A stretch of 64,000 bases of DNA from Mustelus asterias (lineage: Eukaryota). The notes beneath the pieces were generated by a model. That model was given only the letters and a program-made list of their open reading frames with translations, had not been told where the DNA came from and made no database searches. Each line of letters starts with the position of its first letter. The first letter of the stretch is position 1. The position numbers and the translations under genes are program-made. This document shows, one piece after another, positions 12,201 to 27,200 of this stretch. Location of the stretch: contig NC_135808.1 in assembly GCF_964213995.1 (NCBI RefSeq), positions 32,798,001-32,862,000 of the forward strand, read 5' to 3'.

Positions 12201-15200
12201 TTCCCTGCAGCACACCGTCCTGTAACTGAACACACTGTCCACATTCCCTTCCCTACAGCACACTGTCCGGTAACTGAATAACACACTGTCCACACTCCCT
12301 TCCCTATAGCACACTGTCCTGTAACTGAATAACAAACTGTCCACACACCCTTCCCTACAGCACACTGTCCTGTAACTGAATAACAAACTGTCCACACACC
12401 CTTCCCTACAGCACACCGTCCTGTAACTGAACACACTGTCCACATTCCCTTCCCTACAGCACACTGTCCGGTAACTGAATAACACACTGTCCACACTCCC
12501 TTCCCTATAGCACACTGTCCTGTAACTGAATAACACACTGCCCACACTCCCTTCCCTACAGCATACTGTCCTGTAACTGAATAACACACTGTCCACACTC
12601 CCTTCCCTACAGAACACTGTCCTGTAACTGAATAACACACTGTCCACACTCCCTTCCCTACAGAACACCGTCCTGTAACTGAATAACACATTGTCCACAC
12701 TCCCTTCCCTACAGCACACTGTCCTGTAACTGAATAACACACTGTCCACACTCCCTTCCCTACAGAACACCGTCCTGTAACTGAATAACACACTGTCCAC
12801 ACTCCCTTCCCTACAGAACACCGTCCTGTAACTGAATAACACACTGTCCACACTCCCTTCCCTATAGCACAACGTCCTGAAACTGAACACACTGTCCACA
12901 CTCCCTTCCCGACAGCACACTGTCCTGTAACTGAACACACTGTCCACACTCACTTCCCTATAGAACACCGTCCTGTAACTGAACACACTGTCCACACTCA
13001 CTTTCCGACAGAACACCGTCCTGGAACTGAATAACAGACCGTCCACACTCCCTTCCCTACAGCAAACCGTCCTGTAACTGAATAACAGACTGTCCACACT
13101 CCCTTCCCTACAGCAAACCGTCCTGTAACTGAACACACTGTCCACACTCCCTTCCCTACAGCACACTGTCCTGTAACTGAATAACACATTGTCCACACTC
13201 ACTTCCCGATAGAACACCGTCCTGTAACTGAACACACTGTCCACACTCTCTTCCCTACAGCACACTGTCCTGTAAGTGAAAAACACACTGTCCACACTCC
13301 CTTCCCTGCAGCAAACTGACCTCAAACTGAACACACTGTCCACACTCCCTTCCCTACAGAACACCGTCCTGTAACTGAATAACAGACTGTCCACTCTCCC
13401 TTCCCTACAGCACACCGTCCTGTAACTGAATAACACACTGTCCACACTCCCTTCCCTACAGCAAACCGTCCTGTAACTGAATAACACACTGTCCACACTA
13501 TCTTCCCGACAGCAAACCGTCCTGTAACTGAATAACACACTGTCCACACTCCCTTCCCTACAGAACACCGTCCTGTAACTGAATAACACACTGTCCACAC
13601 TCCCTTCCCTACAGAACACCGTCCTGTAACTGAACACACTGTCCACACTCTCTTCCCTACAGCACACTGTCCTGTAACTGAATAACACACTGTCCACACT
13701 CCCTTCCCTACAGCAAACTGTCCTGTAACTGAACACACTGTCCACCCACCCTTCCCTACAGAACACCGTCCTGTAACTGAATAACAGACTGTCCACTCTC
13801 CCTTCCGTACAGCACACCGTCCTGTAACTGAATAACACACTGTCCACACTCCCTTCCCTACAGCACAACGTCCTGTAACTGAATAACAGACTGTCCACAC
13901 TCCCTTCCCGACAGCAAACCGTCCTGTAACTGAATAACACACTGTCCACACTCCCTTCCCTACAGCAAACTGTCCTGCAACTGAATAACACACTGTCCAC
14001 ACTCCCCTCCCTACAGCACACCGTCCTGTAACTGAATAACACACTGTCCACACTCCCTTCCCTACAGAACACCGTCCTGTAACTGAATAACACACTGTCC
14101 ACACTCCCTTCCCTACAGAACACCGTGCTGTAACTGAATAACACACTGTCCACACTCCCTTCCCGACAGAACACCGTCTTGTAACTGAATAACACACTGT
14201 CCACACTCCCATCCCTCCAGAACACCGTCCTGTAACTGAATAACACACTGTCCACACTCCCTTCCCGACAGAACACCGTCCTGTAACTGAATAACACACT
14301 GTCCACACTCCCTTCCCTACAGCACACTGTCCTGTAACTGAATAACACATTGTCCACACTCACGTCCCTACAGCAAACCGTCCTGGAACTGAATAACAGA
14401 CTGTCCACACTCCCTTCCCTACAGCACACTGTCCTGTAACTGAATAACACACTGTCCACACTCACTTCCCTACAGAACACCGTCCTGTAACTGAATAACA
14501 CACTGTCCACACTCCCCTACAGACCACCGTCCTGTAACTGAACACACTGTCCACTCTCCCTTCCCTACAGCACACTGTCCTGTAACTGAATAACACATTG
14601 TCCACAAACACTTCCCTACAGCAAACCGTCCTGTAACTGAATAACACACTGTCCACACTCCCTTCCCTACAGCAAACCGTCCTGTAACTGAATAACACAC
14701 TGTCCACACTCCCTTCCCTACAGAACACCGTCCTGTAACTGAATAACACACTGTCCACACTCCCTTCCCTACAGAACACCATCCTGGAACTGAATAACAC
14801 ACTGTCCACACCCCCTTCCCTACAGAACACCGTCCTGTAACTGAATAACACACTGTCCACACTCCCTTCCCGACAGCAAACCGTCCTGTAACTGAACACC
14901 CTGTCCACACTTCCTTCCTGACAGCAGACCGTCCTGTAACTGAATAACACACTGTCCTCACTCCCTTCCCTACAGCACACTGTCCTGTAACTGAATAACA
15001 AACTGTCCACACTCCCTTCCCTACAGCACACCGTCCTGTAACTGAACACACTGTCCACATTCCCTTCCCTACAGCACACTGTCCGGTAACTGAATAACAC
15101 ACTGTCCACACTCCCTTCCATATAGCACACTGTCCTGTAACTGAATAACACACTGTCCACACTCCCTTCCCTCCAGAACACTGTCCTGTAACAGAATAAC

Positions 15201-18200
15201 ACACTGTCCACACTCCCTTCCCTACAGAACACCGTCCTGTAACTGAATAACACACTGTCCACACTCCCTTCCCTACAGCACACTGTCCTGTAACTGAATA
15301 ACACACTGTCCACACTCCCTTCCCGACAGAACACTGTCCTGTAACTGAATAACACACTGTCCACACTCCCTTCCCTACAGCACACTGTCCTGTAACTGAA
15401 TAACAAACTGTCCACACACCCTTCCCTGCAGCACACCGTCCTGTAACTGAACACACTGTCCACATTCCCTTCCCTACAGCACACTGTCCGGTAACTGAAT
15501 AACACACTGTCCACACTCCCTTCCCTATAGCACACTGTCCTGTAACTGAATAACAAACTGTCCACACACCCTTCCCTACAGCACACTGTCCTGTAACTGA
15601 ATAACAAACTGTCCACACACCCTTCCCTACAGCACACCGTCCTGTAACTGAACACACTGTCCACATTCCCTTCCCTACAGCACACTGTCCGGTAACTGAA
15701 TAACACACTGTCCACACTCCCTTCCCTATAGCACACTGTCCTGTAACTGAATAACACACTGCCCACACTCCCTTCCCTACAGCATACTGTCCTGTAACTG
15801 AATAACACACTGTCCACACTCCCTTCCCTACAGAACACTGTCCTGTAACTGAATAACACACTGTCCACACCCCCTTCCCTACAGAACACCGTCCTGTAAC
15901 TGAATAACACATTGTCCACACTCCCTTCCCTACAGCACACTGTCCTGTAACTGAATAACACACTGTCCACACTCCCTTCCCTACAGAACACTGTCCTGTA
16001 ACTGAATAACACACTGTCCACACTCCCTTCCCTACAGAACACCGTCCTGTAACTGAATAACACACTGTCCACACTCCCTTCCCTATAGCACAACGTCCTG
16101 AAACTGAACACACTGTCCACACTCCCTTCCCGACAGCACACTGTCCTGTAACTGAACACACTGTCCACACTCACTTCCCTATAGAACACCGTCCTGTAAC
16201 TGAACACACTGTCCACACTCACTTTCCGACAGAACACCGTCCTGGAACTGAATAACAGACCGTCCACACTCCCTTCCCTACAGCAAACCGTCCTGTAACT
16301 GAATAACAGACTGTCCACACTCCCTTCCCTACAGCAAACCGTCCTGTAACTGAACACACTGTCCACACTCCCTTCCCTACAGCACACTGTCCTGTCACTG
16401 AATAACACATTGTCCACACTCACTTCCCGATAGAACACCGTCCTGTAACTGAACACACTGTCCACACTCTCTTCCCTACAGCACACTGTCCTGTAAGTGA
16501 GAAACACACTGTCCACACTCCCTTCCCTGCAGCAAACTGACCTCAAACTGAACACACTGTCCACACTCCCTTCCCTACAGAACACCGTCCTGTAACTGAA
16601 TAACAGACTGTCCACTCTCCCTTCCCTACAGCACACCGTCCTGTAACTGAATAACACACTGTCCACACTCCCTTCCCTACAGCAAACCGTCCTGTAACTG
16701 AATAACAGACTGTCCACTCTCCCTTCCCTACAGCACACCGTCCTGTAACTGAATAACACACTGTCCACACTCCCTTCCCTACAGCAAACCGTCCTGTAAC
16801 TGAATAACACACTTTCCACACTATCTTCCCGACAGCAAACCGTCCTGTAACTGAATAACACACTGTCCACACTCCCTTCCCTACAGAACACCGTCCTGTA
16901 ACTGAATAACACACTGTCCACACTCCGTTCCCTACAGAACACCGTCCTGTAACTGAATAACACACTGTCCACACTCCCTTCCCTACAGAACACCGTCCTG
17001 TAACTGAACACACTGTCCACACTCTCTTCCCTACAGCACACTGTCCTGTAACTGAATAACACACTGTCCACACTCCCTTCCCTACAGCAAACTGTCCTGT
17101 AACTGAACACACTGTCCACCCACCCTTCCCTACAGAACACCGTCCTGTAACTGAATAACAGACTGTCCACTCTCCCTTCCCTACAGCACACCGTCCTGTA
17201 ATTGAATAACACACTGTCCACACTCCCTTCCCTACAGCACAACGTCCTGTAACTGAATAACAGACTGTCCACACTCCCTTCCCGACAGCAAACCGTCCTG
17301 TAACTGAATAACACACTGTCCACACTCCCTTCCCTACAGCAAACTGTCCTGCAACTGAATAACACACTGTCCACACTCCCCTCCCTACAGCACACCGTCC
17401 AGTAACTGAATAACACACTGTCCACACTCCCTTCCCTACAGAACACCGTCCTGTAACTGAATAACACACTGTCCACACTCCCTTCCCGACAGAACACCGT
17501 CTTGTAACTGAATAACACACTTTCCACACTCCCTTCCCTCCAGAACACCGTCCTGTAACTGAATAACACACTGTCCACACTCCCTTCCCGACAGAACACC
17601 GTCCTGTAACTGAATAACACACTGTCCACACTCCCTTCCCTACAGCACACTGTCCTGTAACTGAATAACACATTGTCCACACTCACTTCCCTACAGCAAA
17701 CCGTCCTGGAACTGAATAACAGACTGTCCACACTCCCTTCCCTACAGCACACTGTCCTGTAACTGAATAACACACTGTCCACACTCACTTCCCTACAGAA
17801 CACCGTCCTGTAACTGAATAACACACTGTCCACACTCCCCTACAGACCACCGTCCTGTAACTGAACACACTGTCCACTCTCCCTTCCCTACAGCACACTG
17901 TCCTGTAACTGAATAACACATTGTCCACAAACACTTCCCTACAGCAAACCGTCCTGTAACTGAATAACACACTGTCCACACTCCCTTCCCTACAGAACAC
18001 CGTCCTGTAACTGAATAACACACTGTCCACACTCCCTTCGCTACAGCAAACCGTCCTGTAACTGAATAACACACTGTCCACACTCCCTTCCCTACAGCAA
18101 ACCGTCCTGTAACTGAATAACACACTGTCCACACTCCCTTCCCTACAGAACACCGTCCTGTAACTGAATAACACACTGTCCACACTCCCTTCCCTACAGA

Positions 18201-21200
18201 ACACCATCCTGTAACTGAATAACACATTGTCCACACTCCCTTCCCTACAGAACACCGTCCTGTAACTGAATAACACACTGTCCACACTCCCTTCCCTACA
18301 GAACATCGTCCTGTAACTGAATAACACACTGTCCACACGCCCTTCCCTACAGCACACCGTCCTGCAACTGAATAACACACTGTCCACACTCCCTTCCCGA
18401 CAGCACACTGTCCTGGAACTGAATAACACACTGTCCACACTCACTTCCCTACAGCACACCGTCCTGTAACTGAATAACACACTGTCCACACTCCCTTCCC
18501 GACAGCACACTGTCCTGTAACTGAATAACACATTGTCCACACTCACTTCCCTACAGAACACCGTCCTGTAACTGAATAACACACTGTCCACACTCCCTTC
18601 CCTACAGAACACCGTCCTGTAACTGAACACACTGTCCACACTCTCTTCCCTACAGCACACTGTCCTGTAACTGAATAACACACTGTCCACACTCCCTTCC
18701 CTACAGCAAACTGTCCTGTAACTGAACACACTGTCCACACACCCTTCCCGACAGAACACCGTCCTGTAACTGAATAACAGACTGTCCACTCTCCCTTCCC
18801 TACAGCACACCGTCCTGTAACTGAATAACACACTGTCCACACTCCCTTCCCTACAGCACAACGTTCTGTAACTGAATAACACACTGTCCACACTTCCTTC
18901 CCTACAGCAAACCGTCCTGTAACTGAATAACACACTGTCCACACTCCCTTCCCTACAGCAAACCGTCCTGTAACTGAATAACACACTTTCCACACTCCCT
19001 TCCCGACAGCACACCGTCCTGTAACTGAATAACACACTGTCCACACTCCCTTCCCTACAGAACACCGTCCTGTAACTGAATAACACACTGTCCACACTCC
19101 CTACCCTACAGAACACCGTCCTGTAACTGAATAACACACTGTCCACACTCCCTTCCCTACAGCACACTGTCCGGTAACTGAATAACACACTGTCCACACT
19201 CCCTTCCATATAGCACACTGTCCTGTAACTGAATAACACCCTGTCCACACTTCCTTCCTGACAGCAGACCGTCCTGTAACTGAATAACACACTGTCCTCA
19301 CTCCCTTCCCTACAGCACACTGTCCTGTAACTGAATAACAAACTGTCCACACTCCCTTCCCTACAGCACACCGTCCTGTAACTGAACACACTGTCCACAT
19401 TCCCTTCCCTACAGCACACTGTCCGGTAACTGAATAACACACTGTCCACACTCCCTTCCATATAGCACACTGTCCTGTAACTGAATAACACACTGTCCAC
19501 ACTCCCTTCCCTACAGAACACTGTCCTGTAACAGAATAACACACTGTCCACACTCCCTTCCCTACAGAACACCGTCCTGTAACTGAATAACACACTGTCC
19601 ACACTCCCTTCCCTACAGCACACTGTCCTGTAACTGAATAACACACTGTCCACACTCCCTTCCCGACAGAACACTGTCCTGTAACTGAATAACACACTGT
19701 CCACACTCCCTTCCCTACAGCACACTGTCCTGTAACTGAATAACAAACTGTCCACACACCCTTCCCTGCAGCACACCGTCCTGTAACTGAACACACTGTC
19801 CACATTCCCTTCCCTACAGCACACTGTCCGGTAACTGAATAACACACTGTCCACACTCCCTTCCCTATAGCACACTGTCCTGTAACTGAATAACAAACTG
19901 TCCACACACCCTTCCCTACAGCACACTGTCCTGTAACTGAATAACAAACTGTCCACACACCCTTCCCTACAGCACACCGTCCTGTAACTGAACACACTGT
20001 CCACATTCCCTTCCCTACAGCACACTGTCCGGTAACTGAATAACACACTGTCCACACTCCCTTCCCTATAGCACACTGTCCTGTAACTGAATAACACACT
20101 GCCCACACTCCCTTCCCTACAGCATACTGTCCTGTAACTGAATAACACACTGTCCACACTCCCTTCCCTACAGAACACTGTCCTGTAACTGAATAACACA
20201 CTGTCCACACTCCCTTCCCTACAGAACACCGTCCTGTAACTGAATAACACATTGTCCACACTCCCTTCCCTACAGCACACTGTCCTGTAACTGAATAACA
20301 CACTGTCCACACTCCCTTCCCTACAGAACACTGTCCTGTAACTGAATAACACACTGTCCACACTCCCTTCCCTACAGAACACCGTCCTGTAACTGAATAA
20401 CACACTGTCCACACTCCCTTCCCTATAGCACAACGTCCTGAAACTGAACACACTGTCCACACTCCCTTCCCGACAGCACACTGTCCTGTAACTGAACACA
20501 CTGTCCACACTCACTTCCCTATAGAACACCGTCCTGTAACTGAACACACTGTCCACACTCACTTTCCGACAGAACACCGTCCTGGAACTGAATAACAGAT
20601 CGTCCACACTCCCTTCCCTACAGCAAACCGTCCTGTAACTGAATAACAGACTGTCCACACTCCCTTCCCTACAGCAAACCGTCCTGTAACTGAACACACT
20701 GTCCACACTCCCTTCCCTACAGCACACTGTCCTGTAACTGAATAACACATTGTCCACACTCACTTCCCGATAGCACACCGTCCTGTAACTGAACACACTG
20801 TCCACACTCTCTTCCCTACAGCACACTGTCCTGTAAGTGAGAAACACACTGTCCACACTCCCTTCCCTGCAGCAAACTGACCTCAAACTGAACACACTGT
20901 CCACACTCCCTTCCCTACAGAACACCGTCCTGTAACTGAATAACAGACTGTCCACTCTCCCTTCCCTACAGCACACCGTCCTGTAACTGAATAACACACT
21001 GTCCACACTCCCTTCCCTACAGCAAACCGTCCTGTAACTGAATAACAGACTGTCCACTCTCCCTTCCCTACAGCACACCGTCCTGTAACTGAATAACACA
21101 CTGTCCACACTCCCTTCCCTACAGCAAACCGTCCTGTAACTGAATAACACACTTTCCACACTATCTTCCCGACAGCAAACCGTCCTGTAACTGAATAACA

Positions 21201-24200
21201 CACTGTCCACACTCCCTTCCCTACAGAACACCGTCCTGTAACTGAATAACACACTGTCCACACTCCGTTCCCTACAGAACACCGTCCTGTAACTGAATAA
21301 CACACTGTCCACACTCCCTTCCCTACAGAACACCGTCCTGTAACTGAACACACTGTCCACACTCTCTTCCCTACAGCACACAGTCCTGTAACTGAATAAC
21401 ACACTGTCCACACTCCCTTCCCTACAGCAAACTGTCCTGTAACTGAACACACTGTCCACCCACCCTTCCCTACAGAACACCGTCCTGTAACTGAATAACA
21501 GACTGTCCACTCTCCCTTCCCTACAGCACACCGTCCTGTAATTGAATAACACACTGTCCACACTCCCTTCCCTACAGCACAACGTCCTGTAACTGAATAA
21601 CAGACTGTCCACACTCCCTTCCCGACAGCAAACCGTCCTGTAACTGAATAACACACTGTCCACACTCCCTTCCCTACAGCAAACTGTCCTGCAACTGAAT
21701 AACACACTGTCCACACTCCCCTCCCTACAGCACACCGTCCAGTAACTGAATAACACACTGTCCACACTCCCTTCCCTACAGAACACCGTCCTGTAACTGA
21801 ATAACACACTGTCCACACTCCCTTCCCTACAGAACACCGTCCTGTAACTGAATAACACACTTTCCACACTCCCTTCCCGACAGAACACCGTCTTGTAACT
21901 GAATAACACACTGTCCACACTCCCTTCCCTCCAGAACACCGTCCTGTAACTGAATAACACACTGTCCACACTCCCTTCCCGACAGAACACCGTCCTGTAA
22001 CTGAATAACACACTGTCCACACTCCCTTCCCTACAGCACACTGTCCTGTAACTGAATAACACATTGTCCACACTCACTTCCCTACAGCAAACCGTCCTGG
22101 AACTGAATAACAGACTGTCCACACTCCCTTCCCTACAGCACACTGTCCTGTAACTGAATAACACACTGTCCACACTCACTTCCCTACAGAACACCGTCCT
22201 GTAACTGAATAACACACTGTCCACACTCCCCTACAGACCACCGTCCTGTAACTGAACACACTGTCCACTCTCCATTCCCTACAGCACACTGTCCTGTAAC
22301 TGAATAACACATTGTCCACAAACACTTCCCTACAGCAAACCGTCCTGTAACTGAATAACACACTGTCCACACTCCCTTCCCTACAGAACACCGTCCTGTA
22401 ACTGAATAACACACTGTCCACACTCCCTTCGCTACAGCAAACGGTCCTGTAACTGAATAACACACTGTCCACACTCCCTTCCCTACAGCAAACCGTCCTG
22501 TAACTGAATAACACACTGTCCACACTCCCTTCCCTACAGAACACCGTCCTGTAACTGAATAACACACTGTCCACACTCCCTTCCCTACAGAACACCATCC
22601 TGTAACTGAATAACACATCGTCCACACTCCCTTCCCTACAGAACACCGTCCTGTAACTGAATAACACACTGTCCACACTCCCTTCCCTACAGAACATCGT
22701 CCTGTAACTGAATAACAGACTGTCCACACGCCCTTCCCTACAGCACACCGTCCTGCAACTGAATAACACACTGTCCACACTCCCTTCCCGACAGCACACT
22801 GTCCTGTAACTGAATAACACACTGTCCACACTCACTTCCCTACAGCACACCGTCCTGTAACTGAATAACACACTGTCCACACTCCCTTCCCGACAGCACA
22901 CTGTCCTGTAACTGAATAACACATTGTCCACACTCACTTCCCTACAGAACACCGTCCTGTAACTGAATAACACACTGTCCACACTCCCTTCCCTACAGAA
23001 CACCGTCCTGTAACTGAACACACTGTCCACACTCTCTTCCCTACAGCACACTGTCCTGTATCTGAATAACACACTGTCCACACTCCCTTCCCTACAGCAA
23101 ACTGTCCTGTAACTGAACACACTGTCCACACACCCTTCCCGACAGAACACCGTCCTGTAACTGAATAACAGACTGTCCACTCTCCCTTCCCTACAGCACA
23201 CCGTCCTGTAACTGAATAACACACTGTCCACACTCCCTTCCCTACAGCACAACGTTCTGTAACTGAATAACACACTGTCCACACTTCCTTCCCTACAGCA
23301 AACCGTCCTGTAACTGAATAACACACTGTCCACACTCCCTTCCCTACAGCAAACCGTCCTGTAACTGAATAACACACTTTCCACACTCCCTTCCCGACAG
23401 CACACCGTCCTGTAACTGAATAACACACTGTCCACACTCCCTTCCCTACAGAACACCGTCCTGTAACTGAATAACACACTGTCCACACTCCCTACCCTAC
23501 AGAACACCGTCCTGTAACTGAATAACACACTGTCCACACTCCCTTCCCTACAGCACACTGTCCGGTAACTGAATAACACACTGTCCACACTCCCTTCCAT
23601 ATAGCACACTGTCCTGGAACTGAATAACACACTGTCCACACTCCCTTCCCTACAGAACACTGTCCTGTAACAGAATAACACACTGTCCACACTCCCTTCC
23701 CTACAGAACACCGTCCTGTAACTGAATAACACACTGTCCACACTCCCTTCCCTACAGCACACTGTCCTGTAACTGAATAACACACTGTCCACACTCCCTT
23801 CCCGACAGAACACTGTCCTGTAACTGAATAACACACTGTCCACACTCCCTTCCCTACAGCACACTGTCCTGTAACTGAATAACAAACTGTCCACACACCC
23901 TTCCCTGCAGCACACCGTCCTGTAACTGAACACACTGTCCACATTCCCTTCCCTACAGCACACTGTCCGGTAACTGAATAACACACTGTCCACACTCCCT
24001 TCCCTATAGCACACTGTCCTGTAACTGAATAACAAACAGTCCACACACCCTTCCCTACAGCACACTGTCCTGTAACTGAATAACAAACTGTCCACACACC
24101 CTTCCCTACAGCACACCGTCCTGTAACTGAACACACTGTCCACATTCCCTTCCCTACAGCACACTGTCCGGTAACTGAATAACACACTGTCCACACTCCC

Positions 24201-27200
24201 TTCCCTATAGCACACTGTCCTGTAACTGAATAACACACTGCCCACACTCCCTTCCCTACAGCATACTGTCCTGTAACTGAATAACACACTGTCCACACTC
24301 CCTTCCCTACAGAACACTGTCCTGTAACTGAATAACACACTGTCCACACTCCCTTCCCTACAGAACACCGTCCTGTAACTGAATAACACATTGTCCACAC
24401 TCCCTTCCCTACAGCACACTGTCCTGTAACTGAATAACACACTGTCCACACTCCCTTCCCTACAGAACACTGTCCTGCAACTGAATAACACACTGTCCAC
24501 ACTCCCTTCCCTACAGAACACCGTCCTGTAACTGAATAACACACTGTCCACACTCCCTTCCCTATAGCACAACGTCCTGAAACTGAACACACTGTCCACA
24601 CTCCCTTCCCGACAGCACACTGTCCTGTAACTGAACACACTGTCCACACTCACTTCCCTATAGAACACCGTCCTGTAACTGAACACACTGTCCACACTCA
24701 CTTTCCGACAGAACACCGTCCTGGAACTGAATAACAGACCGTCCACACTCCCTTCCCTACAGCAAACCGTCCTGTAACTGAATAACAGACTGTCCACACT
24801 CCCTTCCCTACAGCAAACCGTCCTGTAACTGAACACACTGTCCACACTCCCTTCCCGACAGCACGCTGTCCTGTAACTGAATAACACATTGTCCACACAC
24901 ACTTCCCGATAGAACACCGTCCTGTAACTGAACACACTGTCCACACTCTCTTCCCTACAGCACCCTGTCCTGTAAGTGAAAAACACACTGTCCACACTCC
25001 CTTCCCTGCAGCAAACTGACCTCAAACTGAACACACTGTCCACACTCCCTTCCCTACAGAACACCGTCCTGTAACTGAATAACAGACTGTCCACTCTCCC
25101 TTCCCTACAGCACACCGTCCTGTAACTGAATAACACACTGTCCACACTCCCTTCCCTACAGCAAACCGTCCTGTAACTGAATAACACACTGTCCACACTA
25201 TCTTCCCGACAGCAAACCGTCCTGTAACTGAATAACACACTGTCCACACTCCCTTCCCTACAGAACACCGTCCTGTAACTGAATAACACACTGTCCACAC
25301 TCCGTTCCCTACAGAACACCGTCCTGTAACTGAATAACACACTGTCCACACTCCCTTCCCTAAAGAACACCGTCCTGTAACTGAACACACTGTCCACACT
25401 CTCTTCCCTACAGCACACTGTCCTGTAACTGAATAACACACTGTCCACACTCCCTTCCCTACAGCAAACTGTCCTGTAACTGAACACACTGTCCACCCAC
25501 CCTTCCCTACAGAACACCGTCCTGTAACTGAATAACAGACTGTCCACTCTCCCTTCCCTACAGCAAACCGTCCTGTAACTGAATAACACACTGTCCACAC
25601 TCCCTTCCCTACAGCAAACTGTCCTGCAACTGAATAACACACTGTCCACACTCCCCTCCCTACAGCACACCGTCCTGTAACTGAATAACACACTGTCCAC
25701 ACTCCCTTCCCTACAGAACACCGTCCTGTAACTGAATAACACACTGTCCACACTCCCTTCCCTACAGAACACCGTCCTGTAACTGAATAACACACTGTCC
25801 ACACTCCCTTCCCGACAGAACACCGTCTTGTAACTGAATAACACACTGTCCACACTCCCTTCCCTCCAGAACACCGTCCTGTAACTGAATAACACACTGT
25901 CCACACTCCCTTCCCGACAGAACACCGTCCTGTAACTGAATAACACACTGTCCACACTCCCTTCCCTCCAGCACACTGTCCTGTAACTGAATAACACATT
26001 GTCCACACTCACTTCCCTACAGCAAACCGTCCTGGAACTGAATAACAGACTGTCCACACTCCCTTCCCTACAGCACACTGTCCTGTAACTGAATAACACA
26101 CTGTCCACACTCCCCTACAGACCACCGTCCTGTAACTGAACACACTGTCCACTCTCCCTTCCCTACAGCACACTGTCCTGTAACTGAATAACACATTGTC
26201 CACAAACACTTCCCTACAGCAAACCGTCCTGTAACTGAATAACACACTGTCCACACTCCCTTCCCTACAGAACACCGTCCTGTAACTGAATAACACACTG
26301 TCCACACTCCCTTCGCTACAGCAAACCGTCCTGTAACTGAATAACACACTGTCCACACTCCCTTCCCTATAGCAAACCGTCCTGTAACTGAATAACACAC
26401 TGTCCACACTCCCTTCCCTACAGAACACCGTCCTGTAACTGAATAACACACTGTCCACACTCCCTTCCCTACAGAACACCATCCTGTAACTGAATAACAC
26501 ACTGTCCACACTCCCTTCCCTACAGAACACCGTCCTGTAACTGAATAACACACTGTCCACACTCCCTTCCCTACAGAACATCGTCCTGTAACTGAATAAC
26601 ACACTGTCCACACGCCCTTCCCTACAGCACACCGTCCTGCAACTGAATAACACACTGTCCACACTCCCTTCCCGACAGCACACTGTCCTGTAACTGAATA
26701 ACACACTGTCCACAATCACTTCCCTACAGCACACCGTCCTGTAACTGAATAACACACTGTCCACACTCCCTTCCCTACAGCACACTGTCCTGTAACTGAA
26801 TAACACATTGTCCACACTCACTTCCCTACAGAACACCGTCCTGTAACTGAATAACACACTGTCCACACTCCCTTCCCTACAGAACACCGTCCTGTAACTG
26901 AACACACTGTCCACACTCTCTTCCCTACAGCACACTGTCCTGTAACTGAATAACACACTGTCCACACTCCCTTCCCTACAGCAAACTGTCCTGTAACTGA
27001 ACACACTGTCCACACACCCTTCCCGACAGAACACCGTCCTGTAACTGAATAACAGACTGTCCACTCTCCCTTCCCTACAGCACACCGTCCAGTAACTGAA
27101 TAACACACTGTCCACACTCCCTTCCCTACAGCACAACGTTCTGTAACTGAATAACACACTGTCCACACTTCCTTCCCGACAGCAAACCGTCCTGTAACTG